Part shown: one piece after another, positions 37,233 to 46,865 of the stretch
How the letters are laid out: the number at the start of each line of letters is the position of its first letter
Numbering within the stretch: position 1 is the first letter of the stretch
From: Bacteroidales bacterium
GTDB taxonomy: Bacteria; Bacteroidota; Bacteroidia; Bacteroidales; JAADJA01
Reading direction: 5' to 3'
Assembly (NCBI GenBank): GCA_016933115.1
Contig: JAFGBL010000296.1
Span: 1,170 to 65,169 of the forward strand
Length of the DNA: 64,000 nt
Translations under genes and position numbers: made by a program
The notes under the pieces: model-generated
Databases searched by the model: none
Seen by the model: the letters and a program-made list of their open reading frames with translations, nothing else
What the model was told of the DNA's origin: nothing

Positions 37233-38783
37233 TTATATCTTAATCTCGTCATTGTTACCGTTGAAGAAACGATATTCAAGAAAGTGATAGGAAGGCATGG
37301 GTTTCAGCTTGATCCAGCGTTTGTATTTTCTGAACCATCTATATCTTCTCGACAATATACCCTTTGTTAAATATGCATGCAAATAAGGATGCAAGGCAAC
37401 TTTAAGTTCCTTCTCGTTTTGTTCTTGAATCAGGTATCTCAAGTTATTCTCCAGTTCGTCAATGATAAGAATGCTCGGTTTTATTTCTCCCGAACCTGCA
37501 CAAACAGGACATCTTTCTGTGTTTTCCAGGTTCATTTCCGGGCGTACCCGCTGCCGTGTAATTTGCACCAGGCCGAATTTACTTGGTGGCAAAATGGTAT
37601 GTTTTGCCCTGTCTTTCGACATCTCATCTTTGAGTTTCTGGTATAATTTACGCCGGTTGGAAGCTGCCTTCATATCAATGAAGTCAATGACAATAATTCC
37701 ACCCATATCCCTAAGCCTCAGTTGCCGTGCAAGTTCGGTAGCAGCTTCGAGGTTCACGGCCAGTGCATTTTCTTCCTGGCTGTTTTCCTTGTTCATCCGA
37801 TGACCGCTGTTAATATCAATTACATGAAGGGCTTCGGTATGTTCGATGATAAGATAGATACCACTCCGTATGGTCACAATCCGGCCAAATGAACTTTTTA
37901 TTTGTTTATCTATACCGAAATTTTCGAAAATGTGCGCTTTACCTTTGTAAAGTTTGACAATCCCAACTTTATCAGGTGCTATGGATTTGATATAATTTTT
38001 TGTTTCATCATAAAGGTCGTTGTCATCAACAAAAATATTATTAAACGATTCGCTAAGGATATCTCGTAAAATAGCCGTGGTACGGTCCATCTCACTCACG
38101 ATCTTCATCGGGGGTTTGGCTTTAACCAGTCGGGTTACCAAATTCTCCCATTTGCTGACGAGGCTTTTCAGATCATTATCCAGATCGGCAACTTTTTTAT
38201 GTTCGGCGACAGTTCGGATAATCACTCCAAAATTATTCGGTCTAATGCTTAGGATCAACCTTTTAAGACGATTCCTTTCTTCCGCACTCTTGATCCTTTG
38301 GGAGATTGAAATCCTGCTCGAAAAAGGAACCAGTACCAGATACCTGCCAGCAAATGACAGTTCGGAGGTGACGCGGGGTCCTTTTGTTGATATGGGTTCT
38401 TTTGCAACCTGGACCAAAATTTGCTGGCCCGTCGTAAGCACACCTGTGATCTTACCCGTTTTTTCGATGTCTTTTTCCAGCCTGAAATCAGAAAGCGACA
38501 TGGGTTTCAACCGCCCCTGCAGGGTAAGTTTTGTAAGTTTATTCAATGACTGAACCTGTGGACCGAGGTCGAGGTAATGCAGAAAAGCGTCTTTCTCGTA
38601 TCCCACATCAACAAATGCTGCATTCAGACCAGGCATGATCTTACGCACTTTTCCCAGGTAAATATCCCCGACTGCGAAACCGGTATTACTCTTCTCATTG
38701 TGTAATTCAACCAGGGTCTTGTCCTCTAGCAGAGCAATTTGTACTTCAGAGGGACCTGAGTTAACTATTAGTTCTTTATTCAC
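37233..38783 (-). CDS. rng: Ribonuclease G/E family endoribonuclease
   Basis: An S1 domain (GDIYLGKVRKIMPGLNAAFVDVG) and the catalytic core HVIDINSG, 516 aa. Confidence 0.85.
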   Translation of the reverse strand: MNKELIVNSGPSEVQIALLEDKTLVELHNEKSNTGFAVGDIYLGKVRKIMPGLNAAFVDVGYEKDAFLHYLDLGPQVQSLNKLTKLTLQGRLKPMSLSDFRLEKDIEKTGKITGVLTTGQQILVQVAKEPISTKGPRVTSELSFAGRYLVLVPFSSRISISQRIKSAEERNRLKRLILSIRPNNFGVIIRTVAEHKKVADLDNDLKSLVSKWENLVTRLVKAKPPMKIVSEMDRTTAILRDILSESFNNIFVDDNDLYDETKNYIKSIAPDKVGIVKLYKGKAHIFENFGIDKQIKSSFGRIVTIRSGIYLIIEHTEALHVIDINSGHRMNKENSQEENALAVNLEAATELARQLRLRDMGGIIVIDFIDMKAASNRRKLYQKLKDEMSKDRAKHTILPPSKFGLVQITRQRVRPEMNLENTERCPVCAGSGEIKPSILIIDELENNLRYLIQEQNEKELKVALHPYLHAYLTKGILSRRYRWFRKYKRWIKLKPMPSYHFLEYRFFNGNNDEIKI

Positions 38784-38876
38784 ATTTTAAAATCTTTAAA
38801 ATAAAACAACATCATTGAATTTTGGACCAATGACGTTTTACAGAGAGAGCTGAAATAAAATTTGGAGGTGGTTAAA

Positions 38877-38917
38877 AATTCAGAACATAATATGACAAAG
38901 TCATCATGTTCTGAATT
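38877..38917 (-). terminator. Terminator hairpin after the HU / small-basic-protein unit
   Basis: A 12-bp stem aattcagaacat/atgttctgaatt with an inner 4-bp stem, 18 nt downstream of the 29-aa ORF stop. Confidence 0.6.
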
Positions 38918-38934
38918 CGTGGAACTAAAAAAGA

Positions 38935-39024
38935 TTATTTCTTTTTATGTCTGTTTTTCCTCAAGCGTTTTTTACGCTTATGGGTTGCCATCTTGTGCCT
39001 TTTTCTCTTTTTCCCGCTTGGCAT
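38935..39024 (-). CDS. 29-aa extremely basic protein (MPSGKKRKRHKMATHKRKKRLRKNRHKKK), absent from the ORF track
   Basis: A clean ATG...TAA ORF 22 nt downstream of HU and followed by a terminator. I recall near-identical peptides being conserved across Bacteroidota. Confidence 0.6.
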   Translation of the reverse strand: MPSGKKRKRHKMATHKRKKRLRKNRHKKK

Positions 39025-39046
39025 AATCCTTTGTTAATTAGAAAAT

Positions 39047-39331
39047 TTATTTTACTTTATTTTTAACTACGTTTACGAAAGTTTTAGCCGGTTTAAAAGC
39101 TGGAATATTGTGAGCAGGAATAATAATGGTGGTATTCTTTGAAATATTTCTACCTGTTTTTTCAGCTCTTCTTTTGATTACAAAACTTCCAAAACCTCTG
39201 AGGTAAACGTTTTCACCCTTTGCCATTGAATGTTTTACGGCTTCCATAAACGCCTCAACTGTGTGCTGTACAGTTGTTTTTTCAATTCCGGTTTTGTTTG
39301 CAATGTCTGCTACGATTTCTGCTTTTGTCAT
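39047..39331 (-). CDS. hup: HU-family DNA-binding protein
   Basis: A 94-aa protein with GFGSFVIKRRAEKTGRN and an arm ending ...PAFKPAK. Confidence 0.9.
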   Translation of the reverse strand: MTKAEIVADIANKTGIEKTTVQHTVEAFMEAVKHSMAKGENVYLRGFGSFVIKRRAEKTGRNISKNTTIIIPAHNIPAFKPAKTFVNVVKNKVK

Positions 39332-39379
39332 GTTTAAAAATATTTTAATATTTTGATAATTAATTCAGTAATCAGGGCG

Positions 39380-39387
39380 CAAATATA
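39380..39387 (-). promoter_or_regulatory. Candidate -7 box for the HU gene
   Basis: Reads TATATTTG on the minus strand, 48 nt upstream of the ATG. Confidence 0.4.
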
Positions 39388-39444
39388 TAAATTTTTTTAA
39401 ATGCAATAAATATTCTGCTAATTTTCAACGAACTGTACTTAAAT

Positions 39445-40554
39445 TTGTTCGCTGTGAAATTTTCTGTAAAATTAATAAGTTGGTACGAAATCAATAAGCG
39501 CCATCTCCCCTGGAGAAACACCCCGGATCCATATAAAATCTGGATTTCTGAAATTATCCTTCAGCAAACACGTGTGGATCAGGGATTTGAATACTACAAC
39601 AATTTTGTAAAGAAATTTCCCGATGTCCGTTCGCTGGCTGAATCTGATGAGCAAGACGTCCTTAAATTGTGGCAGGGTCTTGGATATTACTCCAGGGCCC
39701 GAAACCTCCATCTTACTGCCCGTGAAATAGTTTCAATATATCAGGGTCATTTCCCTGCAAATTATAAGGACATCTTAAAACTCAAAGGAATTGGAGAATA
39801 TACCGCGGCAGCAATTTGTTCTTTTGCTTTTGACTTGCCATATCCGGTAGTTGATGGGAATGTAATGCGGTTTCTTTCCCGGTTGAAAGGGTTAGAAATA
39901 GCCGTCAATACAATTCCGGGGAAAAAAACAATCACGACTTTGGCAACTGAATTAATGGATAAAAATCAGCCGGGCATATTTAACCAGGCCATTATGGAAT
40001 TTGGTGCACTTTATTGCAAACCACTTAATCCCGATTGTAATTCCTGTATTTTTAAATTTGATTGCCTTGCACATTTGACAGGTAAAGTGAGAGAACTGCC
40101 CCTGAAAGAAAAACAAGTTAAACAAAAATCCCGGTACTTCTATTATCTACTTTTAAAATCGGGATCTCAAGGGTTGCCTTACATTTATTTACGAAAGCGA
40201 GTCGGAAATGACATTTGGAAGAACCTGTATGATTTTCCACTGGTTGAATCTGATAAAAGATTACCAAAGAATCAAATCCGGGATAAAATAGAGAAATTAC
40301 TTGATCATTCCGGAATATACAATTTGAGATTCATACCTAAAAATTACAGGCATATCCTCACGCACAGAATTATACATGCCCAATTCATTATGGTTGAATT
40401 TACAGGAGATATTATCGTTACATCTATTGAAAAAAGCATGCACAATAACTTGATAAAAGTGCATCAAAGGGAAATTAATCTATACCCGATTCCCAGGCTG
40501 ATTGAAAAATTCATGGAAGAAAATGATGTTTTTGGAGGAATCGAAGTAGGTTAA
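39445..40554 (+). CDS. mutY: A/G-specific adenine DNA glycosylase
   Basis: LISWYEINKRHLPWR, an HhH-GPD region, the FeS cluster loop C..C..C....C, and a C-terminal NUDIX-like domain. The start is TTG at 39445 or GTG at 39454. Confidence 0.9.
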   Translation: MFAVKFSVKLISWYEINKRHLPWRNTPDPYKIWISEIILQQTRVDQGFEYYNNFVKKFPDVRSLAESDEQDVLKLWQGLGYYSRARNLHLTAREIVSIYQGHFPANYKDILKLKGIGEYTAAAICSFAFDLPYPVVDGNVMRFLSRLKGLEIAVNTIPGKKTITTLATELMDKNQPGIFNQAIMEFGALYCKPLNPDCNSCIFKFDCLAHLTGKVRELPLKEKQVKQKSRYFYYLLLKSGSQGLPYIYLRKRVGNDIWKNLYDFPLVESDKRLPKNQIRDKIEKLLDHSGIYNLRFIPKNYRHILTHRIIHAQFIMVEFTGDIIVTSIEKSMHNNLIKVHQREINLYPIPRLIEKFMEENDVFGGIEVG

Positions 40555-40558
40555 TTGT

Positions 40559-40566
40559 TAACTTTG
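40559..40566 (+). promoter_or_regulatory. Candidate -7 box for ssb
   Basis: TAACTTTG, 24 nt upstream of ATG 40591. Confidence 0.4.
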
Positions 40567-40590
40567 CATAACAAAAAAACCAAAATTATT

Positions 40591-41016
40591 ATGGCAGGAA
40601 TTAACAGAGTAATATTAATAGGAAATTTAGGTAAGGATCCTGAAATCATTACCTTCGACAATGGAGTAAAGAAGGCTTCATTTCCCCTTGCAACAACGGA
40701 AAGTTATAAAAACAAGGAGGGGAATTGGGTTGATCAAACCGAATGGCACAATATTGTATTATGGGGATACCTTGCAGAAAGAAATTTAATAAAAGGTGAA
40801 CAAATATATATAGAGGGTAAAATTCGATCTCGATCCTGGGAGGATAAGGATGGAAATAAAAGATATACAACTGAGATTTTCGGTGACAAAGTTCTGAAAC
40901 TAGGCAAAACTAGTCGTGAAGCGGAAATACCACCTGAAATCCAAAGCCAGATAGGTTCCACATCCACAGCAAATGAGCCCGACATCGATATCCCTGAAGA
41001 TGATCTACCGTTTTAA
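40591..41016 (+). CDS. ssb: Single-stranded DNA-binding protein
   Basis: MAGINRVILIGNLGKDPE, an OB fold, and the acidic tail ...EDDLPF. Confidence 0.92.
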   Translation: MAGINRVILIGNLGKDPEIITFDNGVKKASFPLATTESYKNKEGNWVDQTEWHNIVLWGYLAERNLIKGEQIYIEGKIRSRSWEDKDGNKRYTTEIFGDKVLKLGKTSREAEIPPEIQSQIGSTSTANEPDIDIPEDDLPF

Positions 41017-41115
41017 CCCGATTTTTCAGAATTTATCACGCATTGAACTGCCTCCAAACGAATCGGTCAGGTCATTGGCCCAATTACAGTGTTTATTTTG
41101 TATATTTTAATTTTA

Positions 41116-41123
41116 TAATTTTG
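41116..41123 (+). promoter_or_regulatory. Candidate -7 box for gldE
   Basis: TAATTTTG, 35 nt upstream of the ORF start. Confidence 0.35.
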
Positions 41124-41158
41124 CATCCGCAAACATAAAATATAAAATCACATTAATT

Positions 41159-42526
41159 TTGGAAGAGCCTGACAGTGACCCTTATCTATGTTGTTTCAAT
41201 ATGCTAATGAGTATATTAACAGGTGATTTTACCATTGGCATGTTATCAAGTTTATTGATCATCCTTGTTTTGTTTTCCTTTTCAGCACTGATCTCCGGTT
41301 CGGAAATTGCCTTTTTTTCCCTTAGTCCCTCGCAATTAAAACTGATTCAATCGCAGGATACTAAAAACAGCAAGCAAATTCTCTCTTTGCTTGAAATTCC
41401 AAAAAGGCTCCTGGCAACTATTTTAATTGCCAATAATTTTGTTAATGTGGGCATCGTGATCCTGACTTCGTATGTTTCCGGGCATTTGTTCAATTTTAGC
41501 GGCTTCCCAATTCTTGGATTTATTATTGAAGTGATAGTAATAACCGGCCTTATACTGCTTATTGGGGAAATTATGCCGAAAATTTATGCAAACCAAAAAC
41601 CGGTCTCTTTTGCCTCTTTCATGGCAGCACCGATGCATTTTCTTGTCCGGGTATTTTATCCGCTGAGTACCATTCTGGTCAGATCAACCCGGATAATCGA
41701 TAAGAAAATTGCATATCGAAGCCCTGAAATTTCAATGAGTGAATTGTCGGATGCTATCGATATTACAGTTGATGAAGAGACTAGGGCAGAGGAAACCAAA
41801 ATCCTGAAAGGCATCGTCAAGTTCACGGATATTGAAGTAAAGGAAATCATGCGATCAAGGATGGATGTTATTGCAGTCGATTCGGAATTAATATTTAACG
41901 ATTTGATCACAATTGTCACTGAATCAGGTTATTCACGCATACCGGTTTTTGAAGAGAGCCTCGATAATGTTAAAGGCATACTTTACGTTAAAGACCTGAT
42001 ACCGCATGTAAATAATCAAGGTGATTTTAATTGGATCGAGCTATTGAGGCCTGCTTTTTTTGTTCCTGAAAATAAAAAGATCAATGACCTGCTTCAGGAA
42101 TTTCAGGAGAAAAAAATACACCTGGCAGTGGTAGTGGATGAATACGGGGGAACATCCGGAATTATCACATTGGAAGACATCATTGAAGAAATTGTGGGTG
42201 AGATTTCCGATGAGTTTGATACTCCTGAAGACGAAATCGGTTACAAAAAACTTGATGACAACAATTATATATTTGAAGGGAAAACGAGTATCAACGATTT
42301 CTGCAAAATTGCCGGCTTTGATGATGATATTTTTGATGACGTTAAAGGAGATGCCGATTCACTGGCTGGGGTTATCCTGGAACTGCTGGGGGAAATTCCT
42401 GAAAAAAACAAAGTGATCAATTATCAGAACTTTGAATTTAAAGTAATAACCGTCGATAAACGAAGGATAAAACAAATTAAAGTAACCATCAGAGATGCTG
42501 TGGACGAAAATGAAGATTCAGATTAA
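41159..42526 (+). CDS. gldE: Gliding-motility-associated CNNM/CBS/CorC-HlyC membrane protein GldE
   Basis: DUF21 TM region, a CBS pair and a CorC_HlyC C-terminus. The mutY-ssb-gldE-gldD order matches that known in Flavobacterium. Confidence 0.8.
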   Translation: MEEPDSDPYLCCFNMLMSILTGDFTIGMLSSLLIILVLFSFSALISGSEIAFFSLSPSQLKLIQSQDTKNSKQILSLLEIPKRLLATILIANNFVNVGIVILTSYVSGHLFNFSGFPILGFIIEVIVITGLILLIGEIMPKIYANQKPVSFASFMAAPMHFLVRVFYPLSTILVRSTRIIDKKIAYRSPEISMSELSDAIDITVDEETRAEETKILKGIVKFTDIEVKEIMRSRMDVIAVDSELIFNDLITIVTESGYSRIPVFEESLDNVKGILYVKDLIPHVNNQGDFNWIELLRPAFFVPENKKINDLLQEFQEKKIHLAVVVDEYGGTSGIITLEDIIEEIVGEISDEFDTPEDEIGYKKLDDNNYIFEGKTSINDFCKIAGFDDDIFDDVKGDADSLAGVILELLGEIPEKNKVINYQNFEFKVITVDKRRIKQIKVTIRDAVDENEDSD

Positions 42527-43112
42527 ATCAAGGAGATTTTTCGGGTTGTTTTTCATTGTCCTGATGTTTCTGATTGTTGGTTCATGCAAACACGATTACT
42601 ATCCCAAACCCAGAGGATATTTCCGTATTGGACTCCCTGAAAAAAATTACATCCGGTTCGATACCAGCTATCCTTATTCTTTTGAATACCCTGATTATGC
42701 TAAAACTGTGGTTGATGATGATCCCAATACTGAATCTTATTGGATAAATATTGTTTTCCCGCAGTTCAAGGGGAAAATCCACATCAGCTATAAGAAGATC
42801 AACAATAACCTTGCTGAATACCTTGAAGATTCCCGAACACTGGTGTTGAAACACATTCCCAAAGCCAGTTCCATTGCCAATAAACAATATGAAAATCCCG
42901 AACAGAGAGTATTTGGATTGACCTACGATATTTCGGGAACCGAAGTTGCTTCTCCCTACCAATTTTATCTTACCGATAGCGTAAAAAATTTTATACGCGG
43001 CGCACTGTATTTTAAAACCGTCCCCAATAATGATTCCCTGGCCCCGGTAATAAAATTTATTGAAGCAGATATTAGCCACATGATTGAAACCTTCAAGTGG
43101 CGGGATAAATGA
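42495..43112 (+). CDS. gldD: Gliding motility lipoprotein GldD
   Basis: Lipobox LIVGSC followed by YPKPRGYFRIGLPEKNY. It overlaps the gldE 3' end. Confidence 0.75.
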   Translation: MLWTKMKIQIKSRRFFGLFFIVLMFLIVGSCKHDYYPKPRGYFRIGLPEKNYIRFDTSYPYSFEYPDYAKTVVDDDPNTESYWINIVFPQFKGKIHISYKKINNNLAEYLEDSRTLVLKHIPKASSIANKQYENPEQRVFGLTYDISGTEVASPYQFYLTDSVKNFIRGALYFKTVPNNDSLAPVIKFIEADISHMIETFKWRDK

Positions 43113-43138
43113 TTTTTTGACGAAGGGTAAAATTAAAA

Positions 43139-46087
43139 CTACTCTGGTATTTGCTGAGACTGATTTTGATTATTTAACCAAATATCATTTTTATCCTGAT
43201 TGTCAATTTCTCCATCAAGGTCATAATCGGCCTGTATATAACCTCTAAATCCTACCAGCAACTGCCATACCGATATTTTATCCTCATCGTTTATTGTTCT
43301 GCTGTTGTTGCCGTCACCGCCAACCATTCCAAAAACACCTCCGCCCAAATCCTTATGTGCCAATCCACCTTGATATGCCTGGTTAATTCCTGTCGTAAAA
43401 TTGTAGCTGTAAATATCTCCTGTTTTGGTTAACGGATAATTGGAAATTACACCAAGATGATTCCTGTGGTAAACTACAACGAAAAGATTATAATCGACCG
43501 ATAGCTCAAAATGCAATAATGAAGCACCATCCATATCTACCAAAGAGCCATCACTCAGGATGTAGCAGGCCCTCTTTATGATTGATGTGCCTGAAGTTGC
43601 CGAAGCTACATCGGACGCATCTCTTAACTCAATCAATACCCAGTCGACAATATCATCGTTGGGCAAAGATATTACGGACTCATCCCCGTAATAATACCAG
43701 GGGTAAGTATTAAAAGGTTGTACAAAAGGAAAATCAGCGATTCCGATGAGTTGCGTATTCATATCCTCCCCATTGTATGGGCCTTCGAGAAAAACTTTAA
43801 TTTGAAGATCAAATGCAGGGGGAGTTGATACTATTAGGTTTTGACCGGTACCATTGGTCCCTGGAGAACCCTTATCACTAAAACCCCCTGAATAGGAAGG
43901 CTCTCTCAAACTTGTTGTTGACCAAAATGTAAAATTGCTATTATCATCATTGGGGTTTCCTGTAAATATCATGGATGCTCCATTGGGATCGGGCCAGTTG
44001 GGTCCGCCATCGTATTCTATCCTGTCAACTTCGGTATCATCCGGCATGAGTAAAATTATTTCATCGTCCCCATTTGCAAGCTGAAAATTTATATAGGTAT
44101 ACTGGTAATTACATGTATAATTTCCATTTAATGCAGTATTAATATTTGAACCCAAAACGACAAATCCTTTTGACGGGACAATCAGGGAACCATTTATGGT
44201 GTGCGCATCAATGCCGTTATCTTTTATTTTCCAACCACTCAGGTCAATCGGATTATTGGCAGGATTAAAAATTTCGAACCACTCACCATCGGCATCGCCC
44301 ACAGCTAAAGGGTTTTGCATAATTTCCGTTATCATTAGATTCCCCTGCTCCTGTTGGGTAACAACAATATAATCCCGTATCAAATATTCGTTGGTTCCCT
44401 GACCGTTTGAAACGGATAAAATCACATCAAAAACACCCGGTGTATCATAAGTGATAACAGGATTTTGCAATGATGAACCTGACGGTGTTCCGCCTTCAAA
44501 TGCCCAGTTCCAGCTCGTTGGACTATTAACCGATAAATCTGTGAAACTTACAGTATCACCCATATAAATCTCTGTTGGGCTTGCTGAAAAAATCGCAATT
44601 GGTGGAAAATCACATTCGGTAAAACCAGGCGTTGCATAAATTGCCTCATTATCATTATTATAACCTGTAAGATTATTGGATACAGACCAATTACTCCCTT
44701 GAGCGTTATTATCCTGTGGATTACACAATATCAGTGATGGACCAAGGCCGTTAGCGGCAGTTGGCCAGGGAAATCCGGTTGAGTAATTCACTGAATCGAC
44801 TGTTTTTCCCGAGGGATCTTTTAATATAATTTGTTCACCTCCGTTACTCAAAGCACCACTTGTCCATTGAAGCGCACTAATCCCAAAAGTATTCACCATG
44901 GCATCAGCATTAACCGCCAAAACGATAAACTCTCCTGGGTTCAGGACGGAACCAGGAAATGTAAAATCAACCCCTGTCAAAGTATAACCGCCAAGATTTG
45001 CTGAAGTATGTCCGCCATTATAAACTTCAATGTATTCCAGTGAATCTGTTCCTCCCTCAGGAGGATTGTACATAATCTCAGTAATTACAAGTTTTGCAGT
45101 GGTCGTATCCTGAGTCGCTTCAACTCTGAAATCGGCAACAACTGGTAAGTGATCCGACATATAATACAAAGCGTAAGTCACTGAATCGGGTATATTCGGA
45201 TTTAAAGGCAAATCTATTAAGGCATCGTTAAAGTGATTACCATCGTTCCCAAAGGCAATACATGTATTTTCGATGTATTTCACTTTATTGGTGCCACTTA
45301 AAACATCTTCGGAAAACAAGATAAAATCAAATCGGTCGTCCAATCCACCCGTACTTCCACCTCCGAAATCCGTAGTTCTGGTGCTTTGTGTGTGGATGAA
45401 CCTATAATAGGTATTATTGTGCCAATCACCAGCAACTAATGGGTCGTCCAAGGGATAAATTCCATCATTTATCAATGCCAGGTAAGCAGGCTCATCGCTA
45501 TTATAGAGATTCAGGTCTCCGCCAAAAAAAATATTTTCCGCAATTGCTATACTGTTTATCCTCTCCTTGAAATTATTTACCTCCTCCAGTCGCTCTAGTT
45601 GAAATTCCTCTTCAGGATATGCCTTTAGATGCGCAGAATAGAAATAAAAAAAAGTCGTATCACCACCGGTAACAAGATCATCAGACCTATAATACAATAC
45701 ATATTCATTTATATGCCGTAAGGCAGTTGGGATGTACCATTGCGAGTGCAAAACCAATTTATCCCCATTATAAAACAACATATTATCCGTATCGGGCCCA
45801 TCCGTGAAATTGGCTTTTTGATAGTGGGTAGTGCCATATACATTCAAGGCATCATTTAATAAAGTAAATGCACCTACTTCACTTGTTAACTCATTGATTA
45901 ATATAACATCTGCTTTCAGGTATTGATTGATGGTGCGAAAATAATCATCCCGGTTAGGGTCACCTGCATCAGGATAGTTTAAGGTGTTATAATACATAAC
46001 CCTTAAAGTGTCGAATTGAGCCAATGCATATTTTGAAAAAAAAGCGGGTAAAACCGCAAGAAACAGAAATAAAATTTTGGATTTCAT
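43139..46087 (-). CDS. Secreted multidomain protein: endonuclease/exonuclease/phosphatase domain + 2 lamin-tail domains + PKD domain + C-terminal dockerin-like Ca-binding repeats (ExeM/NucH-like architecture)
   Basis: Signal peptide; EEP motifs (YYNTLNY..., SDHLPVVADF); LTDs (LVITEIMYNPPEGGTDSLEYIEVYN, LMITEIMQNP..GEWFEIFN); PKD (FSASPTEIYMGDTVSFTD...); and the tail DYDLDGEIDNQD. Confidence 0.75.
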   Translation of the reverse strand: MKSKILFLFLAVLPAFFSKYALAQFDTLRVMYYNTLNYPDAGDPNRDDYFRTINQYLKADVILINELTSEVGAFTLLNDALNVYGTTHYQKANFTDGPDTDNMLFYNGDKLVLHSQWYIPTALRHINEYVLYYRSDDLVTGGDTTFFYFYSAHLKAYPEEEFQLERLEEVNNFKERINSIAIAENIFFGGDLNLYNSDEPAYLALINDGIYPLDDPLVAGDWHNNTYYRFIHTQSTRTTDFGGGSTGGLDDRFDFILFSEDVLSGTNKVKYIENTCIAFGNDGNHFNDALIDLPLNPNIPDSVTYALYYMSDHLPVVADFRVEATQDTTTAKLVITEIMYNPPEGGTDSLEYIEVYNGGHTSANLGGYTLTGVDFTFPGSVLNPGEFIVLAVNADAMVNTFGISALQWTSGALSNGGEQIILKDPSGKTVDSVNYSTGFPWPTAANGLGPSLILCNPQDNNAQGSNWSVSNNLTGYNNDNEAIYATPGFTECDFPPIAIFSASPTEIYMGDTVSFTDLSVNSPTSWNWAFEGGTPSGSSLQNPVITYDTPGVFDVILSVSNGQGTNEYLIRDYIVVTQQEQGNLMITEIMQNPLAVGDADGEWFEIFNPANNPIDLSGWKIKDNGIDAHTINGSLIVPSKGFVVLGSNINTALNGNYTCNYQYTYINFQLANGDDEIILLMPDDTEVDRIEYDGGPNWPDPNGASMIFTGNPNDDNSNFTFWSTTSLREPSYSGGFSDKGSPGTNGTGQNLIVSTPPAFDLQIKVFLEGPYNGEDMNTQLIGIADFPFVQPFNTYPWYYYGDESVISLPNDDIVDWVLIELRDASDVASATSGTSIIKRACYILSDGSLVDMDGASLLHFELSVDYNLFVVVYHRNHLGVISNYPLTKTGDIYSYNFTTGINQAYQGGLAHKDLGGGVFGMVGGDGNNSRTINDEDKISVWQLLVGFRGYIQADYDLDGEIDNQDKNDIWLNNQNQSQQIPE

Positions 46088-46106
46088 TATTATAAATTTT
46101 CGGCGG

Positions 46107-46114
46107 CAAATGTA
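46107..46114 (-). promoter_or_regulatory. Candidate -7 box for the 982-aa gene
   Basis: Reads TACATTTG on the minus strand, 19 nt upstream of the ATG. Confidence 0.35.
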
Positions 46115-46302
46115 ATTAAAATCAGCCTTGGAATTGCGGCAGGGAAGGATTTCAGGAACTAATCTGTTAGTTAAAAGATTTATTTTGTTGGGCTACCCCT
46201 GAAAATTAATATAAAATTAAGGTTAAAATAAAACTTACTTCAATTACCGGTCGTAACTTTGTACTGTCGTCTCCCTCAAAATAAATCCACTGTGTTATTT
46301 TC

Positions 46303-46333
46303 GCCGTTGCAAGTCCTTTGTGACGGCTTTTTT
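46303..46333. terminator. Strong hairpin 14 nt past the stop of 46347..46853; its U-tract lies on the plus strand
   Basis: An 11-bp stem (with G-U pairs) gccgttgcaag/tttgtgacggc and a 3-nt loop, followed by TTTTTT on the plus strand. Confidence 0.55.
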
Positions 46334-46346
46334 AAGAGATTATTTA

Positions 46347-46853
46347 TCATTCTAACTTGCAAACACATCCATCTATAAGGCTCAATACTATATCCTTGCT
46401 ATTGGAGTCAAAAAATCTAGTGTCACCCGTAATCCGCACACCATTTTGTATCACTTCTTCAGTACCCCAAATTAGATCAGTTACCCCACCTTTATAAATG
46501 AATTCAAGTTCACATAACTTTCCCATTTGTTCTTCAATATTACCTGTCGAATTTACACTAATGAATACAGCTGCAAAATATAGGCTTGTTACATTATCTT
46601 TCCATCCATTTTTGAAAACAGGATTCACATAAGAAGTTGACTTGTATTGTAATACTTTTTCGTCAAAACCAATATACATTTGGATAAGAGCCACAGGATC
46701 TGTTAATTCATCAATGAATACTGAAACCTTTACTATATCTCCTGGAGTAAAATCAGAACTGTTCATTTTATCGATGTGCAAAGTGGATATTTTCTGCGCA
46801 TCAACAAGAAAAAAAATAAACATAAGCCCAAATAATAGTGTAATCTTTTTCAT
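46347..46853 (-). CDS. Small secreted cohesin-like domain protein
   Basis: Signal peptide, then PGDIVKVSVFIDEL...ALIQMYIGFDEKVLQY, which resembles the cohesin beta-sandwich signature. Motif-level call only. Confidence 0.5.
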   Translation of the reverse strand: MKKITLLFGLMFIFFLVDAQKISTLHIDKMNSSDFTPGDIVKVSVFIDELTDPVALIQMYIGFDEKVLQYKSTSYVNPVFKNGWKDNVTSLYFAAVFISVNSTGNIEEQMGKLCELEFIYKGGVTDLIWGTEEVIQNGVRITGDTRFFDSNSKDIVLSLIDGCVCKLE

Positions 46854-46865
46854 TTTTATATAATA

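Noticed and set aside
42582-43079. Long antisense ORFs inside well-supported genes. This one lies opposite gldD; others are 38020..38553, 32494..32973, 20128..20526, 23325..23717, 51860..52261 and 11280..11597.
   Set aside because: Each lies fully within a gene with strong family motifs on the other strand and shows low-complexity or biased composition typical of shadow ORFs.
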